Shown here: one piece after another, positions 43,447-52,153 of the stretch | Position numbering within the stretch: the stretch's first letter is position 1 | Layout of the letters: the number at the start of each line of letters is the position of its first letter | Source of the DNA: Candidatus Bathyarchaeia archaeon | Lineage (GTDB): Archaea > Thermoproteota > Bathyarchaeia > Bathyarchaeales > Bathyarchaeaceae | Direction: 5' to 3' | DNA length: 64,000 nt | Assembly (NCBI GenBank): GCA_035283685.1 | Contig: DATETJ010000009.1 | Span: 332,925 to 396,924, forward strand | Made by a program: the position numbers and the translations under genes | Notes under the pieces: generated by a model | Seen by the model: only the letters and a program-made list of their open reading frames with translations | The model's database searches: none | What the model was told of the DNA's origin: nothing

Positions 43447-44409
43447 TCACGTTGCCAACACATTGGCCAGCAACAGAAGGTTCAAATCAAGCGGTCTTGT
43501 GCTGTTGCATGACTTTTCCATGTTCAGAGTGCCTATTTGTCCATTTTGAAGCCCAACTATCTTGTTGCCTTGTCCCTTCAAAATGATGTCGACGGCTTGG
43601 TTTCCGAATAGACTGGCTAATAGTCTGCTCCTCGCCGTTGGGCTTCCGCCTCTTTGAGCATAGCCCAGAACGCTAATCCGGACCTCTGAACCCAGGCGAG
43701 TCTCGATTTCTTTAGCAAGCAGTCGGGCGTCTCCGGCGCCTTCAGCCTTCACAATAATGCTTGATCGTTTCCCTTTTTGCCAGTTTTCTCGCAAGGTTTG
43801 GACTACTGTCTGTGTTTTGGTTTTGATTTCGGGCACGATGATAACTTCAGCGCCTGATGTGAGGCCTGCTGTAAGGGCGAGGAAGCCTCGGTCTCTTCCC
43901 ATGACTTCAACGATGAAAGTTCGCTCATGAGAAATTGCTGTGTCACGGACCTTGTCTATTTCTGTGACTGCTGTGTTTACGGCTGTGTCGAAGCCTATGG
44001 TTTCGTCTGTGCCGTAAACATCATTGTCGATAGTGGCGGGCACTCCTACTATAAGCGTGTCGGTTTCTTTGCTCAACGCGCAGGCGCCTCTGAAGGAGCC
44101 GTCGCCTCCTATGACCACAAGGCCTTCAACGTCTGCTCTGGTAAGTGTTCTAGCTGCTTTCTTGGTTCCCTTCTTTGTTTCAAACTCGGGGCATCTGTGA
44201 GTGTGCAGAATTGTGCCGCCGAGATGTAAGATTCCGCCTACTGAACGCGGTGTCAACGGCTTTGAGTCATTTGTCATCACGCCTTCCCAACCTCTTTGAA
44301 ACCCCACGACTTCCAAGCTCATTGAGTAAGCCGTACGAACGACTGCGCGGATTGCTGCGTTTATCCCTGGCGCATCCCCTCCGCTTGTGACAACTCCTAT
44401 CTTTTTCAA
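43447..44409 (-). CDS. pfkA: 6-phosphofructokinase, PfkA family (ATP-type GGDGS motif)
   Basis: 320-aa ORF with KKIGVVTSGGDAPGINAAIRAVV, VIGGDGSFRGA, PATIDNDV, MGRDRG and LGYAQRGG. Confidence 0.9.
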   Translation of the reverse strand: MKKIGVVTSGGDAPGINAAIRAVVRTAYSMSLEVVGFQRGWEGVMTNDSKPLTPRSVGGILHLGGTILHTHRCPEFETKKGTKKAARTLTRADVEGLVVIGGDGSFRGACALSKETDTLIVGVPATIDNDVYGTDETIGFDTAVNTAVTEIDKVRDTAISHERTFIVEVMGRDRGFLALTAGLTSGAEVIIVPEIKTKTQTVVQTLRENWQKGKRSSIIVKAEGAGDARLLAKEIETRLGSEVRISVLGYAQRGGSPTARSRLLASLFGNQAVDIILKGQGNKIVGLQNGQIGTLNMEKSCNSTRPLDLNLLLLANVLAT

Positions 44410-44541
44410 GGCAGGCCAACCTCAGATACGTGTGGTTCTGAAATGCATGTTAATTGCGGATGCTAGAAATAAAACATTGGTTTTGAAGAGAGATTTTCAG
44501 AAAGGTTAAAAGAGAGCGCCTGAGTAAAAATTCTGAAAGGA

Positions 44542-45165
44542 ATGATAAAAATGGAATCAAGCAAATTTTACTCTTTGCCAAAACTGCAATACGGATACAA
44601 AGATTTGGAGCCACACATGACAGAGCAGCAACTGACTATTCATCATCAGAAGCATCACCAAGCATACGTTAACGGCGCAAACAGCCTTCTAGAGAGATTG
44701 GACAAGGCACGAAAGGAAGGCTCAGACATAGACATGAAGGCTACACTGAAAGAGTTGTCGTGGAACATCGGGGGACACAGGTTACATTCGCTTTTCTGGG
44801 AGAACTTGGCGCCTGTTGGGAAAGGCGGCGGAAAACCTAGCGGAGCCCTAGCCAGTGCAATCGACAAAGAGTTCGGAAGCTTTGACCGGTTTAAGAAAGA
44901 GTTTACCCAAGCCTCGATGAGCGTTGAAGGCTCAGGATGGGGCGCACTCACACTTTGCAGACTAACCGGCAGGCCGTTGATAATGCAGATTGAGAAACAC
45001 AACACAAACATCTACCCGGGATTTAGAATAGTGATGGTTCTCGACGTGTTCGAGCACGCCTACTACATTGACTTCAAGAATGACAGAGCAAAGTTCGTGG
45101 AAACTTTCTGGAACATTGTCAACTGGAACACGATCGCCAAGAGGTTTGAAGAAGCATCAAAGTAG
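44542..45165 (+). CDS. sod: Fe/Mn superoxide dismutase
   Basis: [35 protein letters not shown] and DVFEHAYY are the canonical Fe/Mn SOD motifs. Confidence 0.95.
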   Translation: MIKMESSKFYSLPKLQYGYKDLEPHMTEQQLTIHHQKHHQAYVNGANSLLERLDKARKEGSDIDMKATLKELSWNIGGHRLHSLFWENLAPVGKGGGKPSGALASAIDKEFGSFDRFKKEFTQASMSVEGSGWGALTLCRLTGRPLIMQIEKHNTNIYPGFRIVMVLDVFEHAYYIDFKNDRAKFVETFWNIVNWNTIAKRFEEASK

Positions 45166-45236
45166 CGAAACACTGAGCTCGGAAGCCACCACGTTTTTCT
45201 TTATTCTCAGAAGACTTACGCATTTGGCAAGAGTCA

Positions 45237-45935
45237 CTATGTCATTGGATACTTGAAACCGGGTATCTTTTGCAGCGCAAGAAGCAAGGGCACTCCAACA
45301 AAGAACGAGACTGCCACAACAAGAGCGTCTTCAATGAATGAGTCTAATGCGCCAGCTACAAAAATACTGTAAACGATCTCTGGCTCCGTCGTGAAAAGCA
45401 CATGCAGACCACCAGGTATGAGCAGAAAAATGCGAATAAGCGCGTCCGCGGCTACCCCGATGAAAGATATCAGCACAAGTGATACGGCTAGCTTCTTAAT
45501 GTCAGGTTCAGAAACCCACTTGCCTATTCGAGCAACAGGATAGATCAGCGCTAGCGCAAGCAGTGTGTCTGCAATAGTCCATAAGGGAAACCATCGCCCG
45601 AACGGGTGGGCAAAGTACGCCGCTAACGAGGTGGCGTATATCGGCAAAGCCACTTTCCACTCACCTCTCGCAAGCAAACCGCAGACCATCACTCCGACGG
45701 GCTCAGCGATTATTCCGAATATGAACATTGTTGGATCCGTGGGTTTGATTGTTCTGCCGACAAGGCCTCCGAGTAGTGCGGCGAAAAAGCCAGCTGCAGG
45801 TCCTAGAAGTATTCCTTCGATGGGCTCCAAGTAGATAGCCCAGTTTCGCCACAAGACCGGCGGCGTCACGAAGTAAAGCACTGCATGAAGAGCTGCGAAC
45901 ACAGCAGTTAGGGCAATCCATAGACTTTTTCGCAT
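45237..45935 (-). CDS. Polytopic membrane protein (ECF-transporter S-component-like, tentative)
   Basis: 232-aa ORF with about 6 TM helices. The functional assignment rests on general resemblance only. Confidence 0.7.
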   Translation of the reverse strand: MRKSLWIALTAVFAALHAVLYFVTPPVLWRNWAIYLEPIEGILLGPAAGFFAALLGGLVGRTIKPTDPTMFIFGIIAEPVGVMVCGLLARGEWKVALPIYATSLAAYFAHPFGRWFPLWTIADTLLALALIYPVARIGKWVSEPDIKKLAVSLVLISFIGVAADALIRIFLLIPGGLHVLFTTEPEIVYSIFVAGALDSFIEDALVVAVSFFVGVPLLLALQKIPGFKYPMT

Positions 45936-46062
45936 AAGGGTTCACTTCGAAGGGAGTGAGGTTGTTGTGTAATTTTTTACATAGGGTTAATAAGATTTTC
46001 CACAGACTCGATCAAATCTAATTCTTTGGATGTCATAAATATCCAACGAGAGAATAGCCTAG

Positions 46063-46236
46063 CATTTCGATTTCAGTCAGGAGCGCGCGTGGAAAACGGA
46101 GTTCATTGACGTTGTTAGGAAAAGAAGAAACATACACTTCTTCACCGACGAAAAAGTTTCGGATGAGGACCTTGACTATTTTAGCGGTCTGGAAAATAGA
46201 GAATCTTATTTTAAAGACTTGAGCCAAAATTCCTGA
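46063..46236 (+). pseudogene. Possible relic of a nitroreductase-family gene (N-terminal fragment only)
   Basis: The open frame has no start codon and reads ...TEFIDVVRKRRNIHFFTDEKVSDEDLDYF. This matches the usual nitroreductase N-terminus (F.dvi..RRS.R.F.d.pV....l). It then diverges and stops after about 20 more codons. Confidence 0.3.
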
Positions 46237-46519
46237 AGGAATTTCTCACAATAGACTTCCTTAACCATTAACTCGTGTGCTTTGTCATCGACGAAAGCAG
46301 GTTTCTTCTGGGGCATGCCTTTTTTCATCTATCCCCGTACACCTCGTACACAATTTATGCTTACGACACCCAAGAGTATAAACTGTTTCGTATTTACAGG
46401 CCTTTTCTATTCTTGCCAAAGAAGCCGCCCAGTGTTTCGCTGATGTCGTGTGCAATGGAAAGCGTATTAGAGGAAGTGTTTTAAACTGATTAAGGATAAC
46501 ATTAGGATACGTGAGAATC

Positions 46520-46684
46520 ATGGCTAAATGCCCCAAATGCAAGAAAGAAGTTGACAAACCAAAGAAAACTTGGAAGATGGCTGGCAGGAAAGACAAGAGC
46601 GGAAAGAGAACCGAACTCACAATTGGGCTTTTTGAACACTGCGGCAAAACCTTTAGGTCAGTGCTTAACAAGCGCAAGATCTAA
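46520..46684 (+). CDS. Small basic zinc-knuckle protein, Cren7-like (54 aa, below the ORF-track cutoff)
   Basis: Hand translation gives MAKCPKCKKEVDKPKKTWKMAGRKDKSGKRTELTIGLFEHCGKTFRSVLNKRKI, with GTGAG upstream. K.W......GRK......IGLF....GK.FR resembles the Cren7 core as remembered ([31 protein letters not shown]). Confidence 0.55.
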   Translation: MAKCPKCKKEVDKPKKTWKMAGRKDKSGKRTELTIGLFEHCGKTFRSVLNKRKI

Positions 46685-46792
46685 AACCATCAGCAGAGCA
46701 GAAGCACTGATCCCTCTCTTTTTCAAACGGCAACTCATGTATCTGGCAAATGAGCAATTTTTATTAGACATCTCTGCACTCGGTTCTTCCGA

Positions 46793-47410
46793 GTGGTTAG
46801 GTTTGATGATATGGCGAAGATGAGTCGCGAACAGAGGATTAGGGCGAGGAAGGAAAAAGCCTTTCGACGCAGGATGATGGCTTTAGCGGTAATTGTCGTC
46901 GTTGTGGTTCCTGTGGTGTTGTTTTACTATTTCGGGAGCAGACCCAACGCGGATCTTAATAGGATTCTTCTTAAAACGACTATGGGAGACATCACGATTC
47001 AACTGTATGATGATATGCCTACCACAACAGGTAATTTCAGGAATCTTGTCAAAGGTGGAGTCTATGACGACACCATTTTTCATAGGGTAGTTCATGATTT
47101 CGTAATTCAGGGCGGAGATGCCACTGCAAAGGGGATCGACGTCGCAGCAATTCTTGATGAGCTTCCGAACAAACATAGCAACGTCAGAGGGTCAGTGGCA
47201 ATGGCGAAGACAAGCGAGCCGAATTCTGCTACAAGTCAGTTTTACATTAACCTGAAAGACAATTCGGATGATTTGGATAGCAATTACTCTGTTTTTGGAA
47301 CAGTGACTGCAGGCATGGATGTTGTCGACGCAATAGGAAATGTCGCGACTGACAGTGATGACAAACCTTTGCAGGATGTAAGAATAATCAAGGCAGAACT
47401 CATAAAATGA
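46793..47410 (+). CDS. Cyclophilin-type peptidyl-prolyl cis-trans isomerase with N-terminal membrane anchor
   Basis: TTMGDITIQLYDDMPTTTGNFRNLVKGGVYDDTIFHRVVHDFVIQGGD and SQFYINL. An N-terminal basic stretch is followed by ALAVIVVVVVPVVLFYYF. The start may be the ATG at 46811. Confidence 0.9.
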   Translation: MVRFDDMAKMSREQRIRARKEKAFRRRMMALAVIVVVVVPVVLFYYFGSRPNADLNRILLKTTMGDITIQLYDDMPTTTGNFRNLVKGGVYDDTIFHRVVHDFVIQGGDATAKGIDVAAILDELPNKHSNVRGSVAMAKTSEPNSATSQFYINLKDNSDDLDSNYSVFGTVTAGMDVVDAIGNVATDSDDKPLQDVRIIKAELIK

Positions 47411-47549
47411 CGCCTTGTGCACGGTGATGCTTCAGGCAAGCCTCATACGTTAGTATTCTTGTGTCTTCGGCATCGGCTGAAAAATTGGGATGTCTTCACT
47501 AGGGAAAGAACATAGAGTTTTGAGATATGAGAAGACAAAAAGGAGTAGG

Positions 47550-47567
47550 CTCACCAAAAAAGGTGAG
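47550..47567. terminator. Hairpin CTCACC-AAAAAA-GGTGAG between convergent genes
   Basis: A perfect 6-bp inverted repeat with an A6/T6 loop lies immediately after the stop of the 47573..48109 gene, which reads T-rich on the minus strand. Confidence 0.3.
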
Positions 47568-47572
47568 AATTC

Positions 47573-48109
47573 TTAGGGCTCTAAGACGATCAGATAACCA
47601 ACCATTCTGCTGTGGTCAACGTCACAGTTTCCTAGCGTGTGGTCGTGGTCTATGCCGCATTTGAATTGGAAGACTCCAACTTCGTCGACAACAAAGGTCT
47701 TGACGACAGTTCGCTGTGCGTCGTTCGGTTGCTCGTTTCTTCCGGGAATTCTGCCCGTGTCAACAGCAAAGTCAGTTGACACGAAAGAATGCGCGTTGCT
47801 ACGTGGGTTCTTCACCGTTAACTGAATTGTGTCGCCTTTGTAAACAGTGATGGTATCTGGTTCCCATCGATGGAATTCTCCGGCTATGAAATCATCACCC
47901 GTTGTTTCGTTTTCCATCACTATCTTTCCTTCTCCCATGCTTATGGTTAGAGCCCGTGTCTGAGGCGTGTATGCTAGTTTCGCGTCGAAGTCACTCTGCA
48001 TCTTTGCCAGTTGAGATGGCACGGTTGCCAATAAATACCCGCTTAGGGCGACAGCTACGACCCCGATTGCTATGGCTATAGCGGTCAATCCTTTTCCTGT
48101 AGTACTCAC
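47573..48109 (-). CDS. Membrane-anchored cupredoxin-domain protein with expanded Cys/His copper loop
   Basis: 178-aa ORF with an N-terminal TM helix. ITVYKGDTIQLTVKNPRSNAHSF is followed by FKCGIDHDHTLGNCDVDHSRM (C-x10-C-x3-H-x2-M). A strong GGAGGTGA Shine-Dalgarno lies upstream. Confidence 0.8.
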   Translation of the reverse strand: MSTTGKGLTAIAIAIGVVAVALSGYLLATVPSQLAKMQSDFDAKLAYTPQTRALTISMGEGKIVMENETTGDDFIAGEFHRWEPDTITVYKGDTIQLTVKNPRSNAHSFVSTDFAVDTGRIPGRNEQPNDAQRTVVKTFVVDEVGVFQFKCGIDHDHTLGNCDVDHSRMVGYLIVLEP

Positions 48110-48302
48110 TTGTTTTCACCTCCGTCTCTCTCCATCTTCTATCGAGTAGAACATTTTTTTGGGTATCTCCTAATAAACTTTCGGTAAGAAATTGGGAAAG
48201 AATATGAATAAAATAGGAAACACGGAATCCATTAAACCGCGAACCATGAGCATCACGTAATGGTCCATTCCAGTTTCTTTCGCATGTGCAGCGCCTTTCC
48301 TC

Positions 48303-50279
48303 TCAACCTACCCAAAGCCATAGAAGAAGCACCGTGTAACCCACATGCATTACCCCAACAGGAATTGACGCTCTCACAGCTTGCGTTTTCTCGGTGAAGG
48401 TTCTCATTGAGATTTTTATTGTAGTTCTCAGTGCAAAGATGAGGCCTACGATGAGAATCAAAACCTGAAGATACGGCACTAAACCTGATAGAAATGGCTG
48501 CCATGCAAAGTGTTTGGTTCCGAAAAGATCCCAGCCCCAGCCGAATGGATCGGAAATGACGGCAATTATGTAGGAACCGTTGATGAAGAGTATCGCTATG
48601 CTAAAGGCTATCCAAGCCAACAGACCCATAGGAACAAGCGTGTATGAGTAGTTGATGAACAATTTTTTCAAAGGCATTTCCTTGACCCGTGAAGCAAGCT
48701 TCGAGAGGGCGATGAAGACAAAGTACACTGCTGGAAAAGCCACAAGCGTTGAGCCCCAAACCAGGACCGCGAACGAACCCCACTGCGGCAGGCTTGCCAT
48801 GTTTGCCATGTCTTTTAGCCACGAGTAAGGTCCCATGAATGTTAGCCCATATAGAAAGGCTAAGGTTGCCATGATGAAGGCTTTCCACGCCTCGTCGAAA
48901 CCTCTTTTCTTTATGCCATGCCATGGTTCAACGTATAGATCTTCGCCGCCCATCCTTAGGTATAAGGTCGTGTTGTCTTTTGGGCAGGTTTTCAAGCATT
49001 CAGTGCACAAACCGCAGTAGGCGTTTCGGTTCATGTTTTGTGGGAATTCAAGCCAGGGACAACCGTAGCCTTTGTCACTTCCTTTGATGCATTCTTTTCC
49101 CGGGTGCTCAAGGCAGACTTTGCGGTCTCGGACTCTCAGTTCCAGAGTGGAGAACATGCTGTAGAGTCCAATGAATCCAGCGACTGGACAGATGTATCGA
49201 CAAAACACGCGGTCTTTGAACACAAGAGACAGTATGAGTGGAGTCGCAATCAACAGAACCATCAAGTACCCTGTAGCCCAAGGTCGTGTGATGAGTATTC
49301 CAATGAACATTGATGTGGCGAGGAAGTCGAGGTTTTGTATCCAGATGTTGTCGAGTTTCTTGGGCCATTTGAGATTCAGCCCGAATCGCTTCTCCTTTTT
49401 GCCAGTGATAGTTCCTCTTTGAGTCCATTCGCCAAAGGAAGGCAGGGGGCAAATCATGCACCAGAATCTCGCGAGGACAGGAACTAGAAACAACATTAGG
49501 GCAGCCCACCAGAGAATCCAAACAAACATTATCGAGAGGTTCTTGTTTCCGACTTGAGTACCGAAAACTCCCGTCAATATCACTAGTATGAAAAATAGAA
49601 GGTTTGGGTATTGCACCCAGAACTGCCAAGAACGAAGTTTCAGCAAGCGGTTGACTATTCCTATTTTTAGCAGGTCAAACCTAAATAAGTACGGGTTTGA
49701 AGGGTCTGGATTGCCATAGACCTTTGAGCGTGGAACCATGATCGCGAATAAGCCGAATGCCGCTGCAACAGCTAGAATTGATGAAAACAAGAACTGATTC
49801 GCGGGTTCTACTCTCAGTTTTCCTATCATGAACGGGTGGAAATAGCCGCAAGTTAGTGTGCAACGAAATCTGAAGACTCCTGCTTTATCGGCTACAAACA
49901 TCAACTCTCTAGTCTCATTGCTCTCGGCTCCATCGTTTTGGATGATCTCCGTTTTGATTTCGTATCCGTCGATGTAGAATCCATGCGACACATCTAACGA
50001 AGAGAAACGAATAAGGACTGTGTCGCCTTGATTAACGACGATTTCGGACGGATCGTAGCCAAACATGAACGCTTTGATGTCTATTTCTCTGCGAGTTGGA
50101 GTCTGAGCTCTGCTAAGAGAGGAAGTCAACCCAATGAGGGCTAGAGCAATCAATGTTACAGCTGTGATTTGAAAAGCTGTTGCTTTTGAAATGACTCGAT
50201 TCCTCAGCGAATGTGTTGTTCTCGTATTTCTCCGCCCTTTTAAGGCACGAACCTCTAGAACCTCAAGCTGAGTTGACAA
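48303..50279 (-). CDS. Fusion protein: extracytoplasmic CuA-motif cupredoxin domain + NapH/NosR-like polytopic 4Fe-4S membrane domain
   Basis: 658-aa ORF with a TM anchor. The cupredoxin has DVSHGF and CTLTCGYFHPFM (C-x3-C-x3-H-x2-M; nt 49827-49862). More than 8 TM helices follow, with CMICP and CRYICP motifs and the ferredoxin motif CGLCTECLKTCP. Confidence 0.85.
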   Translation of the reverse strand: MSTQLEVLEVRALKGRRNTRTTHSLRNRVISKATAFQITAVTLIALALIGLTSSLSRAQTPTRREIDIKAFMFGYDPSEIVVNQGDTVLIRFSSLDVSHGFYIDGYEIKTEIIQNDGAESNETRELMFVADKAGVFRFRCTLTCGYFHPFMIGKLRVEPANQFLFSSILAVAAAFGLFAIMVPRSKVYGNPDPSNPYLFRFDLLKIGIVNRLLKLRSWQFWVQYPNLLFFILVILTGVFGTQVGNKNLSIMFVWILWWAALMLFLVPVLARFWCMICPLPSFGEWTQRGTITGKKEKRFGLNLKWPKKLDNIWIQNLDFLATSMFIGILITRPWATGYLMVLLIATPLILSLVFKDRVFCRYICPVAGFIGLYSMFSTLELRVRDRKVCLEHPGKECIKGSDKGYGCPWLEFPQNMNRNAYCGLCTECLKTCPKDNTTLYLRMGGEDLYVEPWHGIKKRGFDEAWKAFIMATLAFLYGLTFMGPYSWLKDMANMASLPQWGSFAVLVWGSTLVAFPAVYFVFIALSKLASRVKEMPLKKLFINYSYTLVPMGLLAWIAFSIAILFINGSYIIAVISDPFGWGWDLFGTKHFAWQPFLSGLVPYLQVLILIVGLIFALRTTIKISMRTFTEKTQAVRASIPVGVMHVGYTVLLLWLWVG

Positions 50280-51213
50280 CGAGAGTTCCTTTCATGTTTG
50301 AATGTTGGGGACTACAGTACACCATGCAATCGTAAGTGAAGGTCCCAGCCACAATAGCCGTGAACTCGAGTGTGATGGTTTCTCCTTTTTCTATGTAGTC
50401 GGTGTCCACATCGAAATCGTGCAAAGCTAAGCTGTGGGCCACGTCCATTGATTTCACGATCAGCCTGACAATGTCGCCTTGGTTGACGATTATAGTTTTA
50501 CCATCTTCACTTTCTGCAACCTTAAAGCCGCCCTTTTCTTGAGTCCAAGCCTCGATGTTAAACACTTTTACGGCAGCTGCAGTGAGAACAACTGTAACAG
50601 TTGTTGCTGCCTCGCCGCGCACCATAGCGGTGGTTGAGTTCGTTCCATATCCGGATGCCACGGCTTTAACCGAGTAGTCTCCAGCTGTAAGGTCACTGAA
50701 TACGTACTGACCGTCTGTGTTGGTGATTCCTTCTGCTTTCTTTGGTCCTGTGATTGTGACCGATGCCCCTTCTAGGAAGATTCCATCAACACTTGTCACG
50801 TAGACTCGTAGGCTTCCTGGAGGTGATTTATCCTCAACTTTGAATTTGCCTGAGTGGGCGATGGTGCTGTGTCCGACACCGCAGGGTATGAAGCATCTGT
50901 AGAAGAACTCTCCTGCTTTGTCGGCGACGAAACTGAACCTTTGTGGTTCACCTGGTTTTATTTCCGCTCTTATCCCATAGTCCATCATCTGAAAGCCGTG
51001 GATAACGTCTTCGCTCGTGACAAAAAGCGTAATCATGTCATCTTTCTTTACAATTATCTCGTTAGGTATGAATTCCCATTGTCTAGTTGCAATGCGGATC
51101 TCGCGTTGTTCGCCGAAAACATTTTGATCTAGGTAGAATATGCCTAATGGCACGGGCACCAGAGCGATGAATACTAATCCGAAAGCTAGGAGTTCGGTTT
51201 TGTTTATTACCAT
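50263..51213 (-). CDS. Secreted/anchored double-cupredoxin protein with central carboxypeptidase-regulatory-like domain
   Basis: 316-aa ORF. Domain 1 has DVIHGF...CFIPCGVGHSTI (no Met). The middle segment reads LRVYVTSVDG...TDGQYVFSDLTAGDYSVKA. Domain 2 has DVAHSL...CMVYCSPQHSNM (full CuA-type pattern). Confidence 0.8.
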   Translation of the reverse strand: MVINKTELLAFGLVFIALVPVPLGIFYLDQNVFGEQREIRIATRQWEFIPNEIIVKKDDMITLFVTSEDVIHGFQMMDYGIRAEIKPGEPQRFSFVADKAGEFFYRCFIPCGVGHSTIAHSGKFKVEDKSPPGSLRVYVTSVDGIFLEGASVTITGPKKAEGITNTDGQYVFSDLTAGDYSVKAVASGYGTNSTTAMVRGEAATTVTVVLTAAAVKVFNIEAWTQEKGGFKVAESEDGKTIIVNQGDIVRLIVKSMDVAHSLALHDFDVDTDYIEKGETITLEFTAIVAGTFTYDCMVYCSPQHSNMKGTLVVNSA

Positions 51214-51447
51214 TTTTCTCCCAGATTCTTCCCATATTTAACCTTAGAGCTCATCATAATTAAGGGTTTCTGCTCAGTTTTTCGAACAAAAAGAGAAACA
51301 ACGTTCACATTTTAGTCGAGTTTGTTTGCCCTTGCACAGGATTTAGGAATTTTCCTTCCATGGAAGTGATGTAAACTTACTTTGCGAAGCCCTTTGGCGC
51401 AGAGTGATTTTATAAATACGTGAGCTTATTTAGAATGCACTGTCTGA

Positions 51448-51795
51448 ATGAGGTTAATGAATGTGTCGAGAGCCTTCAGAGCGACACTCTGGTGGATTGT
51501 GGCTGGAACTGAAGGAGGGAAAACACGAGCCAAGATTGTGCTAAGACTAAAAGAGAGACCCATGAATGCAAACCAATTAGCTGATTACTTGAAGATGGAT
51601 TACAAAACGATACGTTATCACCTTAAGCTTTTGAAAGATAACAAACTCGTGGAGTCTACTGGAGGCGATTACGGATCGATGTATTTTCTCACATCCAAAC
51701 TTGAGTCGAACTTTCACGTCCTGCAAGAAATATGGGAAAAAATCACAAAAGAAAACGACAATACGACAACAGATGTTAAAGGAGGTGGTGTTTAA
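51448..51795 (+). CDS. ArsR-like winged-helix transcriptional regulator
   Basis: 115-aa ORF with MNANQLADYLKMDYKTIRYHLKLLKDNKLVES. It is divergent from the cupredoxin operon. TTTTATAAATA lies about 30-40 nt upstream. Confidence 0.8.
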   Translation: MRLMNVSRAFRATLWWIVAGTEGGKTRAKIVLRLKERPMNANQLADYLKMDYKTIRYHLKLLKDNKLVESTGGDYGSMYFLTSKLESNFHVLQEIWEKITKENDNTTTDVKGGGV

Positions 51796-51819
51796 CTGTC
51801 TTTAGAAGAAACGGCACAT

Positions 51820-52047
51820 TTGTCTTTGCACGCCACTTCCATCTTGATAACATTAGTAGTAATTTTCGTCTTCATCAGGACTTACAGAGAGATAAAGTCA
51901 AGATTCAACCTTGGACTTGTCATTTTCTCTCTTGCCATGCTCATCCAGATAATTGCTTCAGCGTCCCTTGATATAGTCATCCACCTTGTGTCAGAGATTT
52001 TTGAACTCGCGGCTCTGATTATTTTCCTAAGCCTTATCCGAAAATAG
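51820..52047 (+). CDS. Small membrane protein (2-3 TM helices)
   Basis: 75-aa ORF with a TTG start 25 nt after the regulator. It is strongly hydrophobic. Confidence 0.5.
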   Translation: MSLHATSILITLVVIFVFIRTYREIKSRFNLGLVIFSLAMLIQIIASASLDIVIHLVSEIFELAALIIFLSLIRK

Positions 52048-52153
52048 AGCAAAAATGAACAAAGGGTTCGCCGATGCAGCAGTCTTCTACGGCAAGGTTT
52101 GGGCAGTGTTTCCTGAGGCTGTTCGTTCTTGTAGGACTGTCCGTTACCTTTCC

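Noticed and set aside
46285-46823. 130-aa minus-strand and 90-aa plus-strand ORFs
   Set aside because: Both overlap the compact 54-aa basic ORF at 46520..46684, which has an ATG, an upstream purine-rich element and a Cren7-like pattern. The long ORFs have no motifs and atypical composition.
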